Shown: positions 1-7,207 of the stretch, piece by piece | How positions within the stretch are numbered: the stretch's first letter is position 1 | Layout: each line of letters begins with the position of its first letter | Origin: a virus | Lineage: Duplodnaviria > Caudoviricetes | IMG/VR virus record: IMGVR_UViG_3300046789_000005 | Coordinates: 1-49,318 of that record | Length of the DNA stretch: 49,318 bases | Reading direction: 5' to 3' (one strand) | Notes under the pieces: model-generated | Told to the model about the DNA's origin: nothing | The model's database searches: none | What the model saw: only the letters and a program-made list of their open reading frames with translations | Translations under genes and position numbers: made by a program

Positions 1-167
1 CTCCCGTTCTTCGGGTGGTCGTCGCGCAGGAGGTCGCTAGCCGCCTCCTGCAACGCGAAGAGGGCACCTTCGACGAAGGCCTTCTCCAGCTTCTCCGTCA
101 GCGTGCCCTCGTTCAGCTGGTTGCTCATCGCGAACACCGCAGCCATGTCGTTCGTCGTGCTACTCAC
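1..167 (-). CDS. hypothetical protein, truncated at window edge
   Basis: Read by hand: GTG at 167 after AAGGAG; MSSTTNDMAAVFAMSNQLNEGTLTEKLEK..., open to position 1. Confidence 0.6.
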   Translation of the reverse strand, partial: MSSTTNDMAAVFAMSNQLNEGTLTEKLEKAFVEGALFALQEAASDLLRDDHPKNG

Positions 168-450
168 TGAGCTCCTTCTCCTTCTTCTTCAGCGTGCGCC
201 AGGCGGTGAGCACCTCGGCCAGCTCATCGCTGTCGTGGAGCTCCTTGAGGAACTCCTCGCCGGTGAGCCTGCGAGCAGTGAGCACGGTGCCCTCACCCTG
301 GATGTAGGTGCCCACCGATCCGCACTTGATGCAGACGGTGATGTCCCCGATCTCCGGGAAGGCGGAGGGGTCGTGCAGAGATGTCGCGCGGACCATGTGG
401 TTTCCGCACTGCTCGCAGGTGTAGTCGATCTCGGTGACCGTCCTAGCCAT
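160..450 (-). CDS. small Zn-ribbon-like protein
   Basis: CEQC and CIKC pairs; overlaps neighbours in a tightly packed operon. Confidence 0.7.
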   Translation of the reverse strand: MARTVTEIDYTCEQCGNHMVRATSLHDPSAFPEIGDITVCIKCGSVGTYIQGEGTVLTARRLTGEEFLKELHDSDELAEVLTAWRTLKKKEKELSE

Positions 451-976
451 CGTTCATGCCCCCTTCCAGGTAGCTGATCACGGCCCTAGCCGCCTCGATG
501 TCCTGCTCCAAGGGCGCCTTGCCCTTGTACTCCAGGTAGGTCCTGCGCTGGATGCGTCGCCTCTCCGCGATGACCGCAGCCAGCGCGTCCACGTTCAGCG
601 TGATGGTCTCCCGCTCCCAGATCGGAAGACCGGTGCCGTCGTCACCCCAGAACGTGATGTCCGGGATGGGCTCGTGGTTGGCGTAGTGCCCGAAGGTGTG
701 CCACGGAGCCGGTGGCTTGAACAGCGAAGCCAACAGCGCCGAGCGGTCCTCCTGCTGAGCCTGGAGCCGGGTGATCTGGAGGGTGAGCCGACTGACCTCG
801 TCGGCCAGCTCCAGTTCCCGGTCGGGCGCTGTTGTGTACGGTCCTGCCACTTCTCCTACTTTCGTGTGGGTCATCCGCTCCAGGACGTTGACCATGTCCA
901 GGAACAGACGACGGTTGTAGTAGTCACGCGCTTCGTCCTCGGTCATCCAGATGCTGTCCGAGGTGTAGCCGCTCAC
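443..976 (-). CDS. hypothetical protein
   Basis: 177-aa ORF, GTGA-coupled to upstream gene. Confidence 0.7.
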   Translation of the reverse strand: MSGYTSDSIWMTEDEARDYYNRRLFLDMVNVLERMTHTKVGEVAGPYTTAPDRELELADEVSRLTLQITRLQAQQEDRSALLASLFKPPAPWHTFGHYANHEPIPDITFWGDDGTGLPIWERETITLNVDALAAVIAERRRIQRRTYLEYKGKAPLEQDIEAARAVISYLEGGMNDG

Positions 977-1113
977 TTCTCGGCTGCCTTCGCGATGTTC
1001 GCCCAGTCCTCCTCGGTGAAGAACCCGATGGTGACGCAGCAGAACTTGGAGTGGTCCATCGTCTCGATGGACCGGTTGCCGCAGGCGCAGTCGTCGAGTT
1101 CGTCGTCACTCAT
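973..1113 (-). CDS. small Cys-containing hypothetical protein (46 aa)
   Basis: Not in ORF track; MSDDELDDCACGNRSIETMDHSKFCCVTIGFFTEEDWANIAKAAEK fills the gap and overlaps both neighbours. Confidence 0.6.
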   Translation of the reverse strand: MSDDELDDCACGNRSIETMDHSKFCCVTIGFFTEEDWANIAKAAEK

Positions 1114-1432
1114 GGCGGTAGGGGTTGGGCGGGACCATCGGCCAGTCATCAGGACCAGCCGTATCGGCGGCGACCCTGTAGCCCTCTTCCCAGGCCTGCT
1201 CCATGACCTCCCGGACCATCTCCGGGGTGAACGCGGTCAGCTGGTCCTCGATGACGACCGCCTCAGCGATGTGACGCCGGAACAGCTCGTCGAGCTTGGA
1301 GTGGTAGAACTCCGTGGGCTCCTCCTCAGCGACGAGAACGGCACCGCACTCGCACGTCAGGCTGTTGCCGCCGTGCACCTTCCACCGGTGGATGTCCAGG
1401 ACATCCATCACCTTCTCGGTGTCAGTCACCAC
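1106..1432 (-). CDS. hypothetical protein
   Basis: 108-aa ORF, H..CECG..H pattern, AAGGAG upstream. Confidence 0.7.
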   Translation of the reverse strand: MVTDTEKVMDVLDIHRWKVHGGNSLTCECGAVLVAEEEPTEFYHSKLDELFRRHIAEAVVIEDQLTAFTPEMVREVMEQAWEEGYRVAADTAGPDDWPMVPPNPYRHE

Positions 1433-1739
1433 GCATCTCCTTGTAGAACCTCCTGATCGCGCGCTGGACCATCGGGTTCACGTTGTGCCGGTTGAGCTCG
1501 GCGTAGGTGCCGATGCCGTTGATCTCGTCGGTCGTCCTACGGGCGAAGTCGTACTTCTCGTCCTCCGAGGTGTACGGCTCGTCGTAGTTGAAGGCCGTCT
1601 CCAGCACGGCCTTGGACTGCCGCACCAGCGCGGCCTTGTGAGCGTTGTCGCAGTCGTCGAAGGCGTTGTCGCCGCCAATCGACAGTGTGGCCAGCGCGCG
1701 AGCGCCAGCCATGATCTGTCCGTCAGACGGGCCAGCCAT
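1422..1739 (-). CDS. hypothetical protein
   Basis: 105-aa ORF with GGGAG RBS. Confidence 0.7.
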   Translation of the reverse strand: MAGPSDGQIMAGARALATLSIGGDNAFDDCDNAHKAALVRQSKAVLETAFNYDEPYTSEDEKYDFARRTTDEINGIGTYAELNRHNVNPMVQRAIRRFYKEMRGD

Positions 1740-1932
1740 GCCGCTCTCCCTTCGTCGGCCAAGACGTCCGCTCCTCCAGGACCTCCTGGCGCATGCGCAC
1801 CCAGGTCTCGGCGGACTCCTGGTGCACCTGCTGGAGCGTGCCGTCCGGCATGACCACGTAGAAGTTCACGTGGTCCATGTCGATGGCGACCCGCAGGACG
1901 TCACCGGGCCGAACTTCAGTCATCCGCTCCAC
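1723..1932 (-). CDS. hypothetical protein
   Basis: 69-aa ORF tiled in operon. Confidence 0.65.
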   Translation of the reverse strand: MERMTEVRPGDVLRVAIDMDHVNFYVVMPDGTLQQVHQESAETWVRMRQEVLEERTSWPTKGERHGWPV

Positions 1933-2086
1933 TGAGGTCCACCTGCTCTTCCTTCTTCAGGGACGAGGCCATGTCGGAGGCCTCGATGACGCCGTTGTTG
2001 TTGACCAGGAAGGCCCGGACCTGACCGTTGGGGGACATCGTGTAGATACGGTCCCCCTCGTTGTGAATCACGATGCGTACCGGCAT
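1916..2086 (-). CDS. hypothetical protein
   Basis: ATG at 2086 after AAGGAG. Confidence 0.6.
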   Translation of the reverse strand: MPVRIVIHNEGDRIYTMSPNGQVRAFLVNNNGVIEASDMASSLKKEEQVDLSGADD

Positions 2087-2088
2087 CC

Positions 2089-2298
2089 CTACTCCTTCTT
2101 GTCCGTGCGGAAGACGAAGCACTCGGGGTTGTAGCAGGGGTAGACCCTGCAGGAGCCCGGGCCGCCCGCCAACCGCGAGGTGCGGTTGTCGGCCAGCATC
2201 CGGCGTTGAGCACGTCCCAGATCTCTGCTCCAGGCGTATGTCTGCACACCGTTGGTGATGTGGAAGTGGGGCTCGGGGACGGGGAAGTGCTTGGTCAT
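2089..2298 (-). CDS. hypothetical protein
   Basis: TGATG coupling to upstream gene; C-terminal CRVYPCYNPEC. Confidence 0.6.
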   Translation of the reverse strand: MTKHFPVPEPHFHITNGVQTYAWSRDLGRAQRRMLADNRTSRLAGGPGSCRVYPCYNPECFVFRTDKKE

Positions 2299-2516
2299 CA
2301 GGACAGGGCTGTTCCGCGCCACGCGATGATCACATCCATCGGCAGGTGCTGGTCAGTCAGGTCCGGGATGTCAGCCATGGGTGGAACGACGCAGAGCCGT
2401 ACCCACCACCGGCCAAGCTTGCGGTACTTCTCGACGCGGTCGACCTTGTAGTCGGTCCCGTCGAGCGTGATGACGTCGTCTTCTTTGACATCACCAGCTC
2501 TGATGTACATCGGCAC
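2298..2516 (-). CDS. hypothetical protein, first gene of leftward operon
   Basis: GTG at 2516 after AAGGAGG. Confidence 0.65.
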   Translation of the reverse strand: MPMYIRAGDVKEDDVITLDGTDYKVDRVEKYRKLGRWWVRLCVVPPMADIPDLTDQHLPMDVIIAWRGTALS

Positions 2517-2548
2517 GAACTGCCTCCTTCTAAGGAGTCCAGACATGG

Positions 2549-2579
2549 AAAAAGCCCGCACACTGTTCCGTGTACGGGC
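2549..2579 (-). terminator. intrinsic terminator/attenuator in leader of leftward operon
   Basis: Minus strand GCCCGTACAC-GGAACA-GTGTGCGGGC-TTTTT. Confidence 0.7.
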
Positions 2580-2599
2580 ATGGCAGGGCCATTGACCCC

Positions 2600-2628
2600 A
2601 TTATACGCTCTTTTTGGGTCTCTTTCAA
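2600..2628 (-). promoter_or_regulatory. sigma70/SigA-type leftward promoter
   Basis: Minus strand TTGAAA-N17-TATAAT in an AT-rich divergent intergenic region. Confidence 0.85.
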
Positions 2629-2679
2629 GGTGTCTTGACCGCTCTGGACGTGGGTGGGCAACAGGGGCACAGTCGATCC

Positions 2680-3030
2680 GTGGGACGCACAGTGTGGACG
2701 ACGGGCACCAGGCATGGCCATGTGCATGCCAGCCCGGACTGCCACGGAGTGCGCGCGACGAAGCACCGCGCATCAGCGGAACTCGTCGAGGTTCCGCTAG
2801 CTGAGGTGCGTCATCCCGTGCCCTGCAGGCGGTGCTTCAAGGACTTCCCAGTGCTGAAGGTCTGGCACCCCGTCTGCAAGCAGTGTGGACACACCAAGCC
2901 GTACCCGTGCCGCCACAACGGTGGCGTCCTCGCCCTGGTACCTGGGAGAGGTGACTTCCAGCAGCGACGCTGGATGTGGCCGGAGAACGCGTGGAGCTAC
3001 CCGCTTGTGGAACCAACGTTCGACGAGTAG
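2680..3030 (+). CDS. Cys/His-rich hypothetical protein
   Basis: HASPDC, CRRC, CKQC, CRHNGG; start uncertain. Confidence 0.6.
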   Translation: MGRTVWTTGTRHGHVHASPDCHGVRATKHRASAELVEVPLAEVRHPVPCRRCFKDFPVLKVWHPVCKQCGHTKPYPCRHNGGVLALVPGRGDFQQRRWMWPENAWSYPLVEPTFDE

Positions 3031-3070
3031 CGTCCAACGCACTCTCTCTACTCACAAGGCGGAGTACTTC

Positions 3071-4306
3071 ATGGCTCGATCTACCCCTGAGACGCTGCTG
3101 ATCAGCGGGATGCTGAACCAGCAAGACGCCACAGCCCACCTGCCCTACGGGGTCGTCAGCGAACACTTCATCGGCTACAGAACGGAGTTCGACTGGATCA
3201 CCTCGTTCTACGACCAGTACGGTCGCTGCCCCACCAAGGACGAGTTCACTTCCAAGTTCCGCGATGTCCCTCTCTCACCAGACCAGGATGATGTCCGGTG
3301 GCCCTCCACCGAGGTCAAGCGCTCGTTCGCAGCCAGGGTCCTCTCACGCAAGCTGATCAAGTCCTCCTCGGCGCTCAAGGCCGGGGAGATCGAGGAGGCC
3401 TACGACCACCTCTCCGACCTGGTCAACTTCACCGTCAGCGACCGGGCTAGCAACCTGATCCGTGACCCGGCCTTCCTGGATGACTACGACAAGCCGGAAG
3501 ACCGCATCCACCTGCCGTGGCACACGCCGAACTACCACACGGACGGCGTCGGTCGCGGGGAACTCTGGTACATCGCAGCCCGCCCCTCCCAGGGCAAGAC
3601 GCAGACCCTCCTGGAGATCGCGGTGGATGCCGCGATGCGGGGGCAGACCTCGATCATCTACAGCCTGGAGATGACCAAGCGGCAGATGCAGTACCGGGTG
3701 CACGTAGGACTCGCTCACAAGCTCGGCATCAAGGTGTCTCACCACCAGATGCGTACCCGCAGGTTCGACATGCTGGAGTACAAGTACCTGCTGGCCAGGA
3801 TCGCGGACGAGGTACCCGGCGAGATCCACATCCACACCCCCGCCGAGGGACCCACCACGCCCGGTCTGATCGGTAGTCGGGCCAAGGACTACGACATGTC
3901 CCTGGTGGACTACATCGGGCTCATGCGTGATGACGCAGGGACAGCCGCGATCAGCGACTGGCGCAACATCGCAGCCATCTCCAACGCACTCAAGCAGACC
4001 GCTCTCTCACACGACTGCAGGATCATCGCCGCCTCCCAGATCAACCGGGAGGGCATCAGTCACCGGGGTCGGCCCCCGAAGCTGGAGAACCTGACGGGTT
4101 CTGACGCGCTGGGGCAGGACGCCGACGTCCTGCTCACACTCGCTCGCTACGCGAGCAACGTCACCATGTTCAGCATCGAGAAGAACCGCCACGGTGCATC
4201 CGGCGTGCCCTTCTTCACCAAGTTCGAGGCGGACACAGGTGACTACAGCGAGATCTCCATGGACGAGGCGCGCACGCTTCGGGAGAACGACGAAGAGGAC
4301 TACTGA
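3071..4306 (+). CDS. dnaB: DnaB-like replicative helicase
   Basis: Walker A ARPSQGKT, SLEM, VDYIGLM, ASQINR, LGQDAD, EKNRHG; ATG after GGAG. Confidence 0.92.
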   Translation: MARSTPETLLISGMLNQQDATAHLPYGVVSEHFIGYRTEFDWITSFYDQYGRCPTKDEFTSKFRDVPLSPDQDDVRWPSTEVKRSFAARVLSRKLIKSSSALKAGEIEEAYDHLSDLVNFTVSDRASNLIRDPAFLDDYDKPEDRIHLPWHTPNYHTDGVGRGELWYIAARPSQGKTQTLLEIAVDAAMRGQTSIIYSLEMTKRQMQYRVHVGLAHKLGIKVSHHQMRTRRFDMLEYKYLLARIADEVPGEIHIHTPAEGPTTPGLIGSRAKDYDMSLVDYIGLMRDDAGTAAISDWRNIAAISNALKQTALSHDCRIIAASQINREGISHRGRPPKLENLTGSDALGQDADVLLTLARYASNVTMFSIEKNRHGASGVPFFTKFEADTGDYSEISMDEARTLRENDEEDY

Positions 4307-4434
4307 TGACAGTCATCGAGGCCCAGGAGGCCTTCACCGAGGACGAGCTGAACTACCTGCATGACACCGCTGAGGAGCGGGGCATGACCCTCTGGGAGCT
4401 CATCCACGACTCAGTGATGAACGCGCCGTACTGA
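4306..4434 (+). CDS. small protein (42 aa), possibly ribbon-helix-helix-like
   Basis: Not in ORF track; TGATG-coupled at both ends; MTVIEAQEAFTEDELNYLHDTAEERGMTLWELIHDSVMNAPY. Confidence 0.6.
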   Translation: MTVIEAQEAFTEDELNYLHDTAEERGMTLWELIHDSVMNAPY

Positions 4435-5342
4435 TGCCCTGGCGCAGCATCGAGGATGCTCTGGCGCTGGGCTACGGGATCGAGCGGCAGTTCGTCTGCC
4501 ACGTGCACCCGGACACCCACGCCTCCGCATCCGTGAACGCTGTGACGGGCCTGTGGCTCTGCTACGCGTGTGGTGCTGCGGGCAAGATCGACCCCGAGCG
4601 GATCGAGATCGCCCCCTCCTCGGTAGTCCGGGCCGTCAACCAGGCGCTGGCCACCATCGAGGGCAACGGGCACGACCACTACCCGGAGTCCTGGCTCAGC
4701 ATCTTCGACGGGGCAGGACCCGGGCAGTACTGGCTAGAGAGGTTCTCCCCGGCCGCCTGCCGTCACTTCAGGCTGGGGTACGACGCACATGCCGACGCCC
4801 CGGTCTATCCGCTCAGGGACCCCTCCGGGCGCGTCCTGGGCATGGTTCAGAGGACCGGCGATCCCCACCAGAAGTACAAGTACCCACCGGGCTCCAACAC
4901 CTCCAACCTGCTGTTCGGGTACCACGAGATCGAGGAGGACGAGATCTACCTGGTGGAGGGCGCCACCGACGCCATCGCGCTGTACGAGGTGGACCTACCG
5001 GGCATGGCGCTGTACGGCTCTCGGCTGTCTCGGGCGCAGTACCGGCTGCTGGACAGGTACCGCCCCAAGCGCATCTACATGGCCTCTGACCAGGACAAAG
5101 AGGGCAACCGGCTGGCTGCCGACGTGGCCTGGGCGTTCCCCGGCGTGGATGTCAGACGTCTGGTGTGGACTGGGGCCAAGGACGTCGCAAGCATCCCGCG
5201 AGAAGTTCGTACGGAAGTACTTGCGCAGGCTAGAGAAGGGAAGGTAGCGTCAGTCTCATGCGGATCACCACACGGAGATCCGGGGCTCTCACCAGGTACA
5301 TCGAAGCCAAGAAGGCTGCGGATCAGGCGATCCAAGAGCTGA
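4434..5342 (+). CDS. DNA primase (Zn finger + TOPRIM)
   Basis: CHVH...CYAC zinc finger; KY, LVEGATD, SDQDKEG TOPRIM motifs. Confidence 0.9.
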   Translation: MPWRSIEDALALGYGIERQFVCHVHPDTHASASVNAVTGLWLCYACGAAGKIDPERIEIAPSSVVRAVNQALATIEGNGHDHYPESWLSIFDGAGPGQYWLERFSPAACRHFRLGYDAHADAPVYPLRDPSGRVLGMVQRTGDPHQKYKYPPGSNTSNLLFGYHEIEEDEIYLVEGATDAIALYEVDLPGMALYGSRLSRAQYRLLDRYRPKRIYMASDQDKEGNRLAADVAWAFPGVDVRRLVWTGAKDVASIPREVRTEVLAQAREGKVASVSCGSPHGDPGLSPGTSKPRRLRIRRSKS

Positions 5343-5698
5343 AGTTGGCCGAAGAGGAACTCGCAGAGAGCCTGCGGGTCGCAGGACAGAAGACCATCTC
5401 TCTCACTGAAGGCGACAAGGTCCAGCGGGCCACCTACGTGCAGAACGAGACCATCAAGATCGACGAAGCAGGTCTCAAGAAGTCCGTGAGTGTCAAGGTC
5501 TGGAACCGCCTCACCGACCGCAAGGTCAACCGGGACAAGCTCAAGACCGCCATCGCTGACGGCGAGCTGTCCCAGGAACTGGCATCGGCGTTCCTGTCGG
5601 TGCAGAAGTCCAAGCCCTACATCAGGTACTCCGAGGGCAAGAGGCGAGAGGAGGTGGAGGGCGACGATGAGCGAGAGCGAACTGATTCCGAGGAGTGA
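5258..5698 (+). CDS. hypothetical protein (N-terminal coiled coil)
   Basis: 146-aa ORF in replication cluster. Confidence 0.7.
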   Translation: MRITTRRSGALTRYIEAKKAADQAIQELKLAEEELAESLRVAGQKTISLTEGDKVQRATYVQNETIKIDEAGLKKSVSVKVWNRLTDRKVNRDKLKTAIADGELSQELASAFLSVQKSKPYIRYSEGKRREEVEGDDERERTDSEE

Positions 5699-5963
5699 GA
5701 AGGCACCGCAGGACATGCGGCTGTCCCCCATCGACCGGAAGTTCGCTGACCTGCCTCCAGGCAAGTACTGGAAGCTCACCGACGCAGCGAAGGTTCTCGG
5801 GGTCTCACCCTCGTGGCTGCGGCGTCGGCTGAACAACCCGACCATCAAGGCGCCGTCCATGGTGCTGCCCCAGGGCGACGCTCCTCCGGCCTACGTCTAC
5901 ACGCAGGCTGACATCGAGGAACTGCGCATCCTGCGGGACGACAGGCTGAAGGAGCGGAAGTGA
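5667..5963 (+). CDS. helix-turn-helix DNA-binding protein (MerR/Xis-like)
   Basis: LTDAAKVLGVSPSWLRR and YVYTQADIEELR; GGAGG RBS. Confidence 0.75.
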   Translation: MSESELIPRSEKAPQDMRLSPIDRKFADLPPGKYWKLTDAAKVLGVSPSWLRRRLNNPTIKAPSMVLPQGDAPPAYVYTQADIEELRILRDDRLKERK

Positions 5964-6229
5964 GCGACAAGCCGGTGCGGCTGGTGCGAGCAGGGATGCC
6001 GTCCCCGATGAAGGCCTCTCTTCACGAGGGGGACCAGATCGAGGTGGGTGTCAGTGCAGACGTGAAGATCGATGGTGACGGTACCTGGATCACGTTCAAG
6101 GCGAAGAGCCAGGTGGGTGCAGGTGAGACGGGTGCTGAGGCACACGAGCGAGTGCTCTCCTACGTGCAGGAGAGCTTCGAGATGACAGTGCACAAGGTGG
6201 TAGAGCAGATCCGAAAGATGGGTGACTGA
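5960..6229 (+). CDS. hypothetical protein
   Basis: GTGA-coupled 89-aa ORF. Confidence 0.7.
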   Translation: MSDKPVRLVRAGMPSPMKASLHEGDQIEVGVSADVKIDGDGTWITFKAKSQVGAGETGAEAHERVLSYVQESFEMTVHKVVEQIRKMGD

Positions 6230-7121
6230 AGTGAAGTTCGGTGGAGCGAAGGGCTACGTAAAGAGCGCAGCCGGTGATGGTGACAACGGTGAGCGGTGGA
6301 TCAGGAACTTCAAGGAAGGTGAGAGTGAGGTTCGCTTCCTGGAGCAGATGAGCGAGTGGACTCCCTACTGGGAGCACTACGACCAGAACCTCGGTGAGAA
6401 GGGTGCGTTCTTCCCGTGCACCGGTGACCGGGCGACCTGCCCGGGGTGCACCAGCAACAACGAGCGCACCCGCAACGCGAGCAAGAAGTACCTGGTGAAC
6501 GCCGAGGTGCTCGCACCCAAGGCGGAGACGGCCTACGTCGACCTGTACAAGATCACCAGCCGTCTGGCCGAAGACGTCGAACTCAAGGCCGCTCGTGACA
6601 ACGGGGACCTGTTCAAGCGGATGTACTACGTCATCCGCGTGGGCAACGACAAGAACACCACGTGGCACGCCGACCGTGATGATGTGAAGGAGCCCTTCGA
6701 CCCGGCCACGTTCGACAACGTGCAGGACCACGAAGAGGCTCTGCAGGCGATGTGGAAGCGGGCGTTCGGGGAGACCGATCCTGCTGCCGACGCTCCAGAG
6801 GAGCCTGCACGGCGGTCACGTCGTGTGGTGCCCGAGGAGAAGGACACCGAGCCAGAGCAGCCAGCACGTCAGCGGCGTGAGCGGGTACCTGAGCCGGAGT
6901 TCGTGCCACCGGCTCAACAGGACGACCCCCCTTCTGAGCCTCAGCCTGTGATCGACCAGGTGGCTGAGGCGGACGACGAGGTCACTCTGTCCGAGGAGGA
7001 GCTTCGTCAGATGGAGCCCGACGCGATCAAGGCGCTCATCGTGTCGTGTGGGTTCCAGGTGATCGAGGAGGAGGACTCCAACGCGCTCGCGGATTACCTG
7101 ATCCGGATGCTGGGGGCCTAG
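6222..7121 (+). CDS. putative single-stranded DNA-binding protein (gp32-like)
   Basis: VRFL..., YWEHY, PC-x6-CPGC, acidic tail; lies just upstream of the polymerase. Confidence 0.65.
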   Translation: MTEVKFGGAKGYVKSAAGDGDNGERWIRNFKEGESEVRFLEQMSEWTPYWEHYDQNLGEKGAFFPCTGDRATCPGCTSNNERTRNASKKYLVNAEVLAPKAETAYVDLYKITSRLAEDVELKAARDNGDLFKRMYYVIRVGNDKNTTWHADRDDVKEPFDPATFDNVQDHEEALQAMWKRAFGETDPAADAPEEPARRSRRVVPEEKDTEPEQPARQRRERVPEPEFVPPAQQDDPPSEPQPVIDQVAEADDEVTLSEEELRQMEPDAIKALIVSCGFQVIEEEDSNALADYLIRMLGA

Positions 7122-7128
7122 ACAGAAT

Positions 7129-7154
7129 GGAGGGGCGTCTCCCGACGCCCCTCC
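7129..7154 (+). terminator. GC-rich hairpin after SSB
   Basis: GGAGGGGCGTC-TCCC-GACGCCCCTCC, perfect 11-bp stem, no U tract. Confidence 0.55.
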
Positions 7155-7207
7155 GTGCCCTCAAGTCCGTAGACGAGGGACTTCCTCTCTCACAAGGTGA
7201 TCTAAGG

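Noticed and set aside
7046-7207. Upstream extensions given by the ORF track for dnaE (also dnaB, terS, protease, scaffold, 31524 ORF)
   Set aside because: They overlap upstream genes or hairpins; downstream starts with RBS or stop-start coupling fit better
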